A stretch of DNA of 17,392 nt from Pseudomonadota bacterium (GCA_043818055.1 JBDRGF010000015.1:1-17392); one strand, 5' to 3'; shown: positions 8,643 through 15,934, counted from the first letter of the stretch. Notes: generated from the letters alone by a model not told the origin. Numbers and translations: made by a program.

Positions 8643-8741
8643 TGTACTAAAAGTTGACCTGTTTTTCAAGTGAAATGTCAAAAATGTATAGGTGTTTTGT
8701 GTCTTAATTGTAATAAAAGTGGGGTGTTTTTCCCTTTTGGA
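8643..8741. repeat. Degenerate direct repeats with a 33-bp period upstream of the ATPase gene
   Basis: Units at 8643 TGTACTAAAAGTTGACCTGTTTTT, 8676 TGTCAAAAATGTATAGGTGTTTTG and 8709 TGTAATAAAAGTGGGGTGTTTTT. Confidence 0.55.
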
Positions 8742-8759
8742 AAATCAATTTTTAATGTC

Positions 8760-8889
8760 GGGAGTGTTGAAAAATAGAAAAATCCATAAAATGTCATTCT
8801 GAGTAAAGCGAAGAATCTTGTTATTTCAGACATTTAAGATCCTTCACGTTGTTCAGGATGACACCTACAAGGCGTTTTTCAACAACCCC
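8760..8889. mobile_element. ~130-bp inverted-repeat element (GGGAGTGTTGAAAAA...TTTTTCAACAACCCC) containing a nested palindrome
   Basis: 13/15 terminal inverted repeat, no transposase, no clear target duplication. Confidence 0.55.
8792..8863. repeat. TGTCATTCTGA...TCAGGATGACA palindromic repeat element
   Basis: Outer arms TGTCATTCTGA / TCAGGATGACA (10/11) and inner arms GAAGAATCTT / AAGATCCTTC (9/10). Confidence 0.7.
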
Positions 8890-8908
8890 ATTTCGTATGC
8901 GAGTTCTC

Positions 8909-8936
8909 GTAGGGACGGTTCGCGAACCGCCCCTAC
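8909..8936. repeat. GTAG-type REP palindrome
   Basis: GTAGGGACGGTTCGCGAACCGCCCCTAC is 13/14 self-complementary with GTAG/CTAC ends. It lies 54 nt beyond the gspK stop. Confidence 0.75.
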
Positions 8937-8990
8937 AAAACCAATATGCTTTAAAAAAATTTGGGTTCATAAGATTTCACAATCAGTTCC

Positions 8991-10256
8991 TCAATACATC
9001 CTCCAATACAAAAGCTGCCATTTGTTCGGATCTTCTTCTCTCACATCTACTACGGAGTTGATCCTGACGGTCGTATTGCCGACCTGGCCGCTGTTGATCA
9101 GCGTAAAGACGCCTCCACCGATACCCAGCGAATCGATAAAACCCTTCAAAGTCTTTTCATCGACGACGCCACCTGTGACATATTGTCCCAGCACAGAGAC
9201 CAGCGACTTTGTGATATTTTGCTTCATAGCAGCCTCATCGCCACCCTGAGCGCATCCATCATGGATCGCGGTCAAAAACTTCTCCATGATCTCAGGCTGA
9301 TCGATCCTTATTCCCTTATAATCAGGGCTCGCACTCAAGAATCGCGCTAGAATACCCGCCACCACAATATCGTCCGCCTGACACGGATCTATTCCTGTGC
9401 TACCATAGACTGTAAAATAATCGTTCATCGGGGTGAGCCAGACATCATCGACACCGGCGACGAGATACAATTCATCCTTGCTTAAAAACTTTTGATTTCT
9501 AACCGGATATTTAGCACCCACCTTTTCATATGGACCTCGTTCCGACGTTGAAGAGACACCACCGATGACATTCATCTGATCATTCGGATCGACCCAGTCG
9601 CCAATATTGTTTACGATATCCTCAACAGTGAAATCGTTCCCTTCAAAAAACCCCTCAAATGCTTGTTGCCTCATAAAGGATATCAGAAATTGTTTGAACC
9701 TGTCGTACTCGTTCAAACCGTCTGCATCTCTATTTGCATCGGGATTATAAAGAGCGAGGCTGTTGAGATTAATTTTCCCTGCCACGTCAAAACATTGGCC
9801 ATCAAAATCGCCCGCGAAATCTATAAACTCTTTGGCCCCCTCAACTTTACTCATGGAGGTCATTTTAGATACCTCTTCAGGCGCACCCTCAGGCGCCTCT
9901 CCCTCACCGAGGACCATGTACTTGATCATCCCTGTGGAGATGGGAAACTGTTTACACAGCGGCTCATTAGCTGCCTCTCCCAACATCGCCCCTAAATTTT
10001 GATTTTTTATGATCTGCTTAAAGACCTTATCGAATTTCAGTTCTAAAAGTGTGAAATTGTATGCTGACCGTCCTAAATATTCTGCCTGCAAGCGACTCCT
10101 GTCGTTAGCCGATAGGTGAGCAGAGATGTTGGTATCGTAAGCAAACTCGATCGCAAATGCCGTGAATAAGACGAGAGATGAAAGCACCAGCATCAAAGCG
10201 ATACCGCGCTGATTTTTCAAATTAGTATTTTTGAAATACCTATGCATTATTTTCAT
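8991..10256 (-). CDS. gspK: Type II secretion system minor pseudopilin GspK
   Basis: QRG|IALMLVL prepilin-like leader lacking Glu5, QAEYLGRS, GKINLNSL, IGDWVDPND, NQKFLSKDELYLVAGV, YFTVYG. ATGA overlap with gspJ. Confidence 0.92.
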   Translation of the reverse strand: MKIMHRYFKNTNLKNQRGIALMLVLSSLVLFTAFAIEFAYDTNISAHLSANDRSRLQAEYLGRSAYNFTLLELKFDKVFKQIIKNQNLGAMLGEAANEPLCKQFPISTGMIKYMVLGEGEAPEGAPEEVSKMTSMSKVEGAKEFIDFAGDFDGQCFDVAGKINLNSLALYNPDANRDADGLNEYDRFKQFLISFMRQQAFEGFFEGNDFTVEDIVNNIGDWVDPNDQMNVIGGVSSTSERGPYEKVGAKYPVRNQKFLSKDELYLVAGVDDVWLTPMNDYFTVYGSTGIDPCQADDIVVAGILARFLSASPDYKGIRIDQPEIMEKFLTAIHDGCAQGGDEAAMKQNITKSLVSVLGQYVTGGVVDEKTLKGFIDSLGIGGGVFTLINSGQVGNTTVRINSVVDVREEDPNKWQLLYWRMY

Positions 10257-10960
10257 ATACCAAACCCAATCCCGGACAATGGAAGGAGATAAGCTGTCTT
10301 CAAATTAATCTCCCGCTCCTCATCATTGGGATCAACCATCGAAATTGAAACTCTCACCGCATGAGGAAGAATATTTTTCCAATCGACACTCTCTGAATTC
10401 CATTCCTTAACCCACTCCTCTTTTCGGGGATCGTAATATTCAAGATCAAATGTCTTAATCCTTTGAGAGACTACATACTCCCTACCCTCAACTTCAGAGG
10501 TAGAATCGAGCCACGGCTGCTCAACGCGCACCAGATCATAAAATCCGGGGTCTTCCTCATTCGGCTTTATAAAGTAGGATATCTGACACTGGTCGGAGCT
10601 CTTGGAGCCCTGAAAGAGTCTCAAGTGAGAAAAACTTGTAAACCTGATCTCGTCGGTCTTGCCGTTATCCTTACCTATAAAATAGGTGACAGTCGGCATT
10701 TCCTTTGATTCAGTAGCCTTATCCTTGATAAGAAATGCGCTACTGATATCCGAATCGAGCTTTATCAAAACGCTTCTCATCTGCTGCAATGCGCGATTAT
10801 ATTTCCCCACCCTTTCCTTTGTATTCATGAGTTGATAACTCGACGAAGCCAGCACAAGCATGACGAGCGCAATAACCGCAATGGAGACCATAACTTCGAT
10901 TAGGGTCATTCCTTTTACACCCGTGAAGCGGTGATCATGATTCGTTAAATTATTATTCAT
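10253..10960 (-). CDS. gspJ: Type II secretion system minor pseudopilin GspJ
   Basis: KG|MTLIEVMVSI N-methylation motif, DISSAF, FDLEYYD...W..EW, LPHAVRVSI. The start is uncertain: ATG 10960, or in-frame ATG 11041 reading through the REP doublet. Confidence 0.88.
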   Translation of the reverse strand: MNNNLTNHDHRFTGVKGMTLIEVMVSIAVIALVMLVLASSSYQLMNTKERVGKYNRALQQMRSVLIKLDSDISSAFLIKDKATESKEMPTVTYFIGKDNGKTDEIRFTSFSHLRLFQGSKSSDQCQISYFIKPNEEDPGFYDLVRVEQPWLDSTSEVEGREYVVSQRIKTFDLEYYDPRKEEWVKEWNSESVDWKNILPHAVRVSISMVDPNDEEREINLKTAYLLPLSGIGFGI

Positions 10961-10968
10961 AAGAAATC

Positions 10969-11034
10969 TTGTAGGGGAGGGTTTTAAACCCTCCCGAAAC
11001 GGTTCGAGGGCAGGTTTAAAACCTGCCCCTACAA
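10969..11034. repeat. Inverted doublet of GTAG-type REP sequences (REPIN-like)
   Basis: GTAGGGGAGGGTTTTAAACCCTCCC - GAAACGGTTCGA - GGGCAGGTTTAAAACCTGCCCCTAC. Each unit is its own hairpin and the two are inverted relative to each other. Confidence 0.85.
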
Positions 11035-11049
11035 AAAACATTTTACAAC

Positions 11050-11156
11050 TAGTACCTCATCAATTAAATTCTTTATAGTGAGGAAGGGCACAAGTGCTCG
11101 TAACAATTTAATATTTATTATATACCCCCAGTGGTAATTAAATTGACGAAGCACTA
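11050..11156. mobile_element. 107-bp MITE-like element, copy 2
   Basis: 101/107 identical to 1194-1300. CTAGTACCTCATCAATTAAATT versus the reverse complement of the right end (CTAGTGCTTCGTCAATTTAATT) is 18/22. The right TA lies in the gspI TAG stop. Confidence 0.82.
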
Positions 11157-11615
11157 GAGTTTCACCATATGGGTAGTGACTACTACTGCCCGTTTTTCAT
11201 CCCACAACCTGTGTTTAATCGAGACCTTCAATTCTCTGACCGATTGTGAAATCTGCTGCGTTAGTTGCTTTGCTATCATATCCTGCATGCTCCCCTCTTC
11301 AATTCCGGGAGGTGCTGGGAGCTCGACCTTTCTGAGCACCATATTCCAACTATAATCCTGAAATGGCTCTTCAAAATCACCATTCTCGCTCTTATCCTCA
11401 GGAAATTCGCCCTTCTTCTTATCCTTAGCCAATTCCATCTGGATCTCAACTATCTTGAGCCTTGCCAGCCAACTGGCGACAGTAATATCTTTGGATCGAC
11501 CGCTCATTCTAACTGTATTACCCTCGAAGCCCAACAAGACTACGAGCGACATAGCCATGATGCCGACCGCGACCAGAACCTCTATAAGAGTAAAACCAAG
11601 GGATGGCTTTCTCAT
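11154..11615 (-). CDS. gspI: Type II secretion system minor pseudopilin GspI
   Basis: LG|FTLIEVLVAVGI motif, A..LAR.K..E, GDFEEPFQDYSW, VRELKVSI. Lies between gspH and gspJ. Confidence 0.85.
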   Translation of the reverse strand: MRKPSLGFTLIEVLVAVGIMAMSLVVLLGFEGNTVRMSGRSKDITVASWLARLKIVEIQMELAKDKKKGEFPEDKSENGDFEEPFQDYSWNMVLRKVELPAPPGIEEGSMQDMIAKQLTQQISQSVRELKVSIKHRLWDEKRAVVVTTHMVKL

Positions 11616-12301
11616 TTTTCAATCTCCAGTCTTCTATACTCCCAGGCAACATTTGTAGTTCCGTTGATCGGGTTGATCTTCAGTGAATAGTTTCTTTCAT
11701 CATCCTTGTCCCGAAAATTGACAATCGCCTCCTCAACCCTTCCGCTTGGAAAGAAATGAATCGCAACCTTACCATCCTCCACAGGATTCTCAAGATGCTC
11801 CACATAGACATCTTTAAAAAAGATACCTTTAGGAAGTTTTGTTGGCTTCAATAGACGAGATTCCAATTTTGTGAATTGTGGAGGCTGCGGAGTGACGACA
11901 CTTGCCTTGGGAATCTCCTCTCCCTCGGCATTCTCAGTTGCACCTTCAGTAGCAGCGGCTGCTGCTGCACTCTGAGCTGCCAAGTCCTTTGCCTTCTCAT
12001 CCGCCTCCGTAAAGGTGCTGGACCGGGCAACTTTGAATGGATCGCGCGTGGCTTCGACCCAGTAGCTCTGACTTTCAAAATCGATTATGAGTCTGATATA
12101 CATTGCCTCTGTGATTGACAGATCATAGAGGTAACGAATCGTACTTGCCATCTTGTTGGTGGCACCCTTCATGTCCAGTCCAAACACACCACTAAACCTT
12201 CCAACCGCGATACCCATGATCAGACCGGCAAGCGCCAATACCACCAACATTTCAAGAAGTGTAAAACCCTTATTATTGTTGTTCTTGTTCTTTATCTTCA
12301 T
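11612..12301 (-). CDS. gspH: Type II secretion system minor pseudopilin GspH (FimT-like)
   Basis: KG|FTLLEMLVVLAL motif, RLIIDFESQSYWVE, IHFFPSG, INPINGT. Directly after gspG. The start is ATG 12301 or 12322. Confidence 0.8.
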   Translation of the reverse strand: MKIKNKNNNNKGFTLLEMLVVLALAGLIMGIAVGRFSGVFGLDMKGATNKMASTIRYLYDLSITEAMYIRLIIDFESQSYWVEATRDPFKVARSSTFTEADEKAKDLAAQSAAAAAATEGATENAEGEEIPKASVVTPQPPQFTKLESRLLKPTKLPKGIFFKDVYVEHLENPVEDGKVAIHFFPSGRVEEAIVNFRDKDDERNYSLKINPINGTTNVAWEYRRLEIEK

Positions 12302-12692
12302 CAAAAGAGGATATATCTGCATTGTCTTTCATTCCCCCCTCTTTTCTGTCCGAACCATATGAGTAAATCTCATATTCGTTTCCCTGGAGACCTGGGCTAT
12401 AATAGACATATGGGTTTTTCCATGGATCCTTTGGAACCTTTTTCAAATATCCGCCCTCTACCAATTTCTGCAGACCCTCTTCAGTTGATGGAAAATTTCC
12501 ATTTTCAATTCGATAGAGCTCCAAAGCGCTCTCCATGTTCTTCATCTCTGTCTTTGCAACATTGATCTTACTCTTCGCCATCTGTTTCGCGACATAGACA
12601 GTCGTCATACCACCGATCAAGCCGATGATCGCTAAAACGACCATGATTTCAATCAACGTCATACCTCGATCTCTTCTTCTTTTCTCTCGCAT
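12273..12692 (-). CDS. gspG: Type II secretion system major pseudopilin GspG
   Basis: RG|MTLIEIMVVLAII, ALELYRIENGNFPSTEEGL, VPKDPWKNPYVY.SPG, YEIYSYGSD..EGG...ADISS. RBS AAGGAGGG at 12708-12701. Confidence 0.97.
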   Translation of the reverse strand: MREKRRRDRGMTLIEIMVVLAIIGLIGGMTTVYVAKQMAKSKINVAKTEMKNMESALELYRIENGNFPSTEEGLQKLVEGGYLKKVPKDPWKNPYVYYSPGLQGNEYEIYSYGSDRKEGGMKDNADISSFDEDKEQEQQ

Positions 12693-12713
12693 GATACTTT
12701 CCCTCCTTGTGTT

Positions 12714-12821
12714 AAGTTAACAGTTATCAGTTAACAGTTATCAGTTGACAGTTTACAGTAAAAGCAAGAATCGCATAAGATTTTTTGAAACTGTAAACTG
12801 TTTACAGTAAACTGGCAACTT
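12714..12821. repeat. Inverted array of CAGTTNN heptamers (gspF-gspG junction)
   Basis: AAGTTAA CAGTTAT CAGTTAA CAGTTAT CAGTTGA CAGTTTA CAGTAAA (12714-12762), a 24-nt spacer, then GAAACTG TAAACTG TTTACAG TAAACTG GCAACTT (12787-12821). Confidence 0.85.
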
Positions 12822-12823
12822 CC

Positions 12824-14053
12824 TCACGTTGCTATTTCGTTTAGCTTCATAATCGGAAGCATTATCGCCATAACGATAAAGCCGACAATTACCGCCATCG
12901 ATAGAATCATAATCGGTTCGAGAAGTGTTGTGAGAGTTCCTACAGTTGTAGCAACCTCGACATCATAAGCATCAGCAACCTTCTCGAGCATCGCCTCCAG
13001 GCCACCAGTCTTTTCACCGATTGCTATCATATGCGTTGCAAGTGAAGGAAATTCACCCGACCTCTTTAAAGGTTCTGCAATGCTCTGACCTTCACGAACG
13101 CTATTATTTGTCTCCTCTATCACATCTCTCAAGACCTTATTTGTGATCATGTTGCGAACGATATCCATAGCAGTCAGAAGGGGAACGCCGCTTGCCATCA
13201 AAGTCCCAAGGGTTCTGGAAAATCTTGAGATCAAAACCATCCTCGTCAGTTTTCCAACGACCGGAAGCTTCAAAATCTTTTTATCCTTCCACGCCTTGCC
13301 ATTTGGAGTTGCGAGCCATCTCTTGATTAAGAAAAAAATGGAGCCACCCAAAATGATAAAAACATACCAATAGCTGGCAAGAGAATCGCTGATGGTGATC
13401 AGAATTCTTGTCGGAAGTGGCAATGCTACTCCGACATCCGTAAAAAGCGATGTCAGCTTGGGAACAACTAAGGTCAACAGGAGTATAACCATGGCAAAAG
13501 CAACAATCGCCATAATTATAGGATAGGTCATAGCGCCGGTAACCTTCGACCTCAATGCGGCCTGCCCCTCAAGGAAATCAGCAAGCCTTAAGCAAACCTT
13601 ATCCAGAGTACCCGAATTCTCTCCCGCATTTATCATATTAACATATAGATCGCCGAATACCTTCGAGTGTCCTCTAAGTGCATCCGAAAGTTTACCACCC
13701 TCAGTAACCCGCTCTCTGAGATCGGTGAGAATCGATCTTAATTTTACATTTTCTACCTGATCGGTGAGCGCAGATAGCGACTCGACCAACGGAATATGAG
13801 CACCCAAAAGGGTCGCGAGCTGCCTTGTCATCATAGCAATATCTTTTAACTTAACTCTTTTAAAAAAGGCACCTAAGTCGAGCTTGCCTCGTAAAGAGAC
13901 GCTGCCAGAACCTGAGCCCTGAAGATCAATCGCAGTTGGATAGATATTGAGTTTTCTCAGCTTCACCCTGGCCGCACGCTGATTCTCAGCGTCGACAACA
14001 TTTTCGACCTTCTTCCCCTTCGAATCGATACCTATGTAATGAAATACGGGCAT
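12824..14053 (-). CDS. gspF: Type II secretion system inner membrane platform protein GspF
   Basis: MPVFHY.G.D..GK, TRQLATLL.A.IPL, EGGKLSDAL, AGENSGTLD, AMTYP, RFSRTLGTLMASGVPLL, IGEKTG.L..ML, LLEP. Confidence 0.97.
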   Translation of the reverse strand: MPVFHYIGIDSKGKKVENVVDAENQRAARVKLRKLNIYPTAIDLQGSGSGSVSLRGKLDLGAFFKRVKLKDIAMMTRQLATLLGAHIPLVESLSALTDQVENVKLRSILTDLRERVTEGGKLSDALRGHSKVFGDLYVNMINAGENSGTLDKVCLRLADFLEGQAALRSKVTGAMTYPIIMAIVAFAMVILLLTLVVPKLTSLFTDVGVALPLPTRILITISDSLASYWYVFIILGGSIFFLIKRWLATPNGKAWKDKKILKLPVVGKLTRMVLISRFSRTLGTLMASGVPLLTAMDIVRNMITNKVLRDVIEETNNSVREGQSIAEPLKRSGEFPSLATHMIAIGEKTGGLEAMLEKVADAYDVEVATTVGTLTTLLEPIMILSMAVIVGFIVMAIMLPIMKLNEIAT

Positions 14054-14061
14054 AATAAACT

Positions 14062-14164
14062 CAGTGTTTAAGTGCGTAAGTGTTTAAGTGTAGAAGTTAA
14101 AAGCATTCTGAAAAGCCCAAAAAGCAAAACTTAAACACTCAAACACTCCTATACTTAAACACTT
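14062..14164. repeat. Inverted array of AAGTGTTT octamers (gspE-gspF junction)
   Basis: CAGTGTTT AAGTGCGT AAGTGTTT AAGTGTAG AAGTTAAA (14062-14101), a 23-nt spacer, then CAAAACTT AAACACTC AAACACTC CTATACTT AAACACTT (14125-14164). Confidence 0.85.
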
Positions 14165-14165
14165 A

Positions 14166-15860
14166 TTACTCCACATCCTCCTGCGTTACGCGGATGACCT
14201 CCTCTAATGAAGTCACTCCGTCCAAAACCTTTTGCGCGGCGTCGTCGCGCAAAGTCTTCATGCCTTCCTTTATCGCTACTATCCTGATCTCGGAAGCGTC
14301 GCTCCCTTTCATTATCTCTTTGCGAACTGTATCACTGATGAGCATGATCTCGTGGATGCCGGTTCTTCCGCTATATCCAGTCTCCATGCAGGCGGGGCAT
14401 CCGACGGGTCGCAAAATAGGTTTTCCCTTCAGATCTTCAAGCTTTAATCCCACCTCGGCAAGCTCCTCAGCTTCAGGCGTGTATTTTCTCGCGCATTCAT
14501 TGCACAGCGAACGAATAAGCCTTTGCGCCACAACTGCGACGAGCGAAGAAGCGACGAGAAAGGGCTCCACACCCATATCGACGAGCCTCGTAATAGTGCT
14601 TGGCGCATCGTTCGTATGCAGTGTGGAAAAGACCAGATGACCTGTCAAAGATGCATGTATGGCGATCTCAGCAGTCTCCCTGTCACGAATTTCGCCGACC
14701 ATGATGACATCGGGATCTTGACGTAAAAAGGCACGGAGTCCCGCAGCAAATGTGAGATCGATCTTCGGATTGACCTGCATCTGATTGATCCCGGGCAGCT
14801 GATATTCGATAGGATCTTCGACTGTGATTATCTTCAGCTCGCTGGAGTTCAGCTTCGAGAGCGCCGAATACAGAGTCGTAGTTTTACCGGAACCTGTAGG
14901 ACCGGTGACGAGCAAAATTCCATGTCGCAACTTGATGAGCTGATTTAAAAGTTCGAGGTTGCGGCCGTAAAATCCGAGCGTGTCGAGATCGAGCAGCACG
15001 GAAGATGTATCGAGAAGCCTCATCACAACGCTTTCGCCGTGAGCGGTCGGAATGGTGGAAACACGAATATCGATATCCTTTCCCGCGATCTTAATTCTTA
15101 TCCTGCCATCCTGAGGCATTCTCTTCTCTGCGATATTCAACTGACTCATGACCTTGATACGGGAGATGATCGAATTCTGCGCCCTCTTGGGCGGCCTCAT
15201 GACATCATAGAGAATACCGTTGATGCGAAACCTGATCATGAATTCTCTTTCAAATGGCTCAACGTGAATATCGGAGGCCTTCTGCTTCACAGCTCTGAAG
15301 AGGAGCGTGTTCACCAGACGAATGATCGGAGCCTCGTCGGAAGCATCGAGAAGATCGACAGGCTCGTTGAATTCGTCGGCGATCTCACCCTCGCCTAACG
15401 CCCCTATAGCTTCGTCTCCCGCCCCGCTCGTCTTATTGTAAACGGCGTTGATGGCATTGACTATCTCGTAGGAACTCGCGATGACCGGTTTTATATCCAT
15501 ATTGAAGAGCATGCGCAGATCATCGAGGGCGAAAAAGTTCGTCGAATCGGCAATCGCAACCCAGAGGAATCCATCCTCTTTTTTCAGCGGAAGGATTTCA
15601 TTCTGTTTTGCATAGTTGATCGGAACATTGGCCACAAGATCGGGAGGTATGCTATCGACATCTATCTTATTCTCATATGGAAAACCGAGCTGGATCGAGA
15701 GTGCCTTCAATATATCTTCGCTTCTTAAAAATTTAAGTTGTATGAGGGCCTCGCCAAGTCGCACCCCTCTCTCGCGCTGAACGGTGAGCGCCTGATCGAG
15801 CTGCTCACGTGTAAGCGAGGTCGTCTCTAATAATATTGATCCTAAGCTTCTTTGTTCCAT
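14166..15860 (-). CDS. gspE: Type II secretion system ATPase GspE with an N-terminal MshEN-like domain
   Basis: ASDIHVEP, IAEKRMPQDGRI, GPTGSGKTTT, EDPIEY, LRQDPDVIMVGEIRD, GHLVFSTLHTN, CxxC...GCxxC..TGYSGR. The start is placed at ATG 15860 because the longer ORF-track start only translates the junction repeat. Confidence 0.97.
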   Translation of the reverse strand: MEQRSLGSILLETTSLTREQLDQALTVQRERGVRLGEALIQLKFLRSEDILKALSIQLGFPYENKIDVDSIPPDLVANVPINYAKQNEILPLKKEDGFLWVAIADSTNFFALDDLRMLFNMDIKPVIASSYEIVNAINAVYNKTSGAGDEAIGALGEGEIADEFNEPVDLLDASDEAPIIRLVNTLLFRAVKQKASDIHVEPFEREFMIRFRINGILYDVMRPPKRAQNSIISRIKVMSQLNIAEKRMPQDGRIRIKIAGKDIDIRVSTIPTAHGESVVMRLLDTSSVLLDLDTLGFYGRNLELLNQLIKLRHGILLVTGPTGSGKTTTLYSALSKLNSSELKIITVEDPIEYQLPGINQMQVNPKIDLTFAAGLRAFLRQDPDVIMVGEIRDRETAEIAIHASLTGHLVFSTLHTNDAPSTITRLVDMGVEPFLVASSLVAVVAQRLIRSLCNECARKYTPEAEELAEVGLKLEDLKGKPILRPVGCPACMETGYSGRTGIHEIMLISDTVRKEIMKGSDASEIRIVAIKEGMKTLRDDAAQKVLDGVTSLEEVIRVTQEDVE

Positions 15861-15861
15861 C

Positions 15862-15934
15862 ACAAAAACCAATTCACAATTAACAATAACCAATTCACAA
15901 TTATTGGAAATTGGATATTATTTATTGTCAATTG
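15862..15934. repeat. Inverted array of CAAT-core heptamers (gspD-gspE junction)
   Basis: - strand: CAATTGA CAATAAA TAATATC CAATTTC CAAT | AATTGTG AATTGGT TATTGTT AATTGTG AATTGGT TTTTGTG. Includes an exact ACCAATTCACAATTA duplication on the + strand. The first unit contains the gspD TGA. Confidence 0.8.

Noticed and set aside
4796..8990. Integron cassette array
   Set aside because: No paired RYYYAAC...GTTRRRY attC structures found after the stop codons and no integrase in the window.
8818..9249. 143-aa + strand ORF (and 8849-9061)
   Set aside because: It merely translates the palindromic repeats and the antisense strand of gspK.
15861..15893. ORF-track N-terminal extension of GspE (MVIVNCELVFV)
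   Set aside because: It is a translation of the heptamer array. The MshEN-like domain begins right after ATG 15860.
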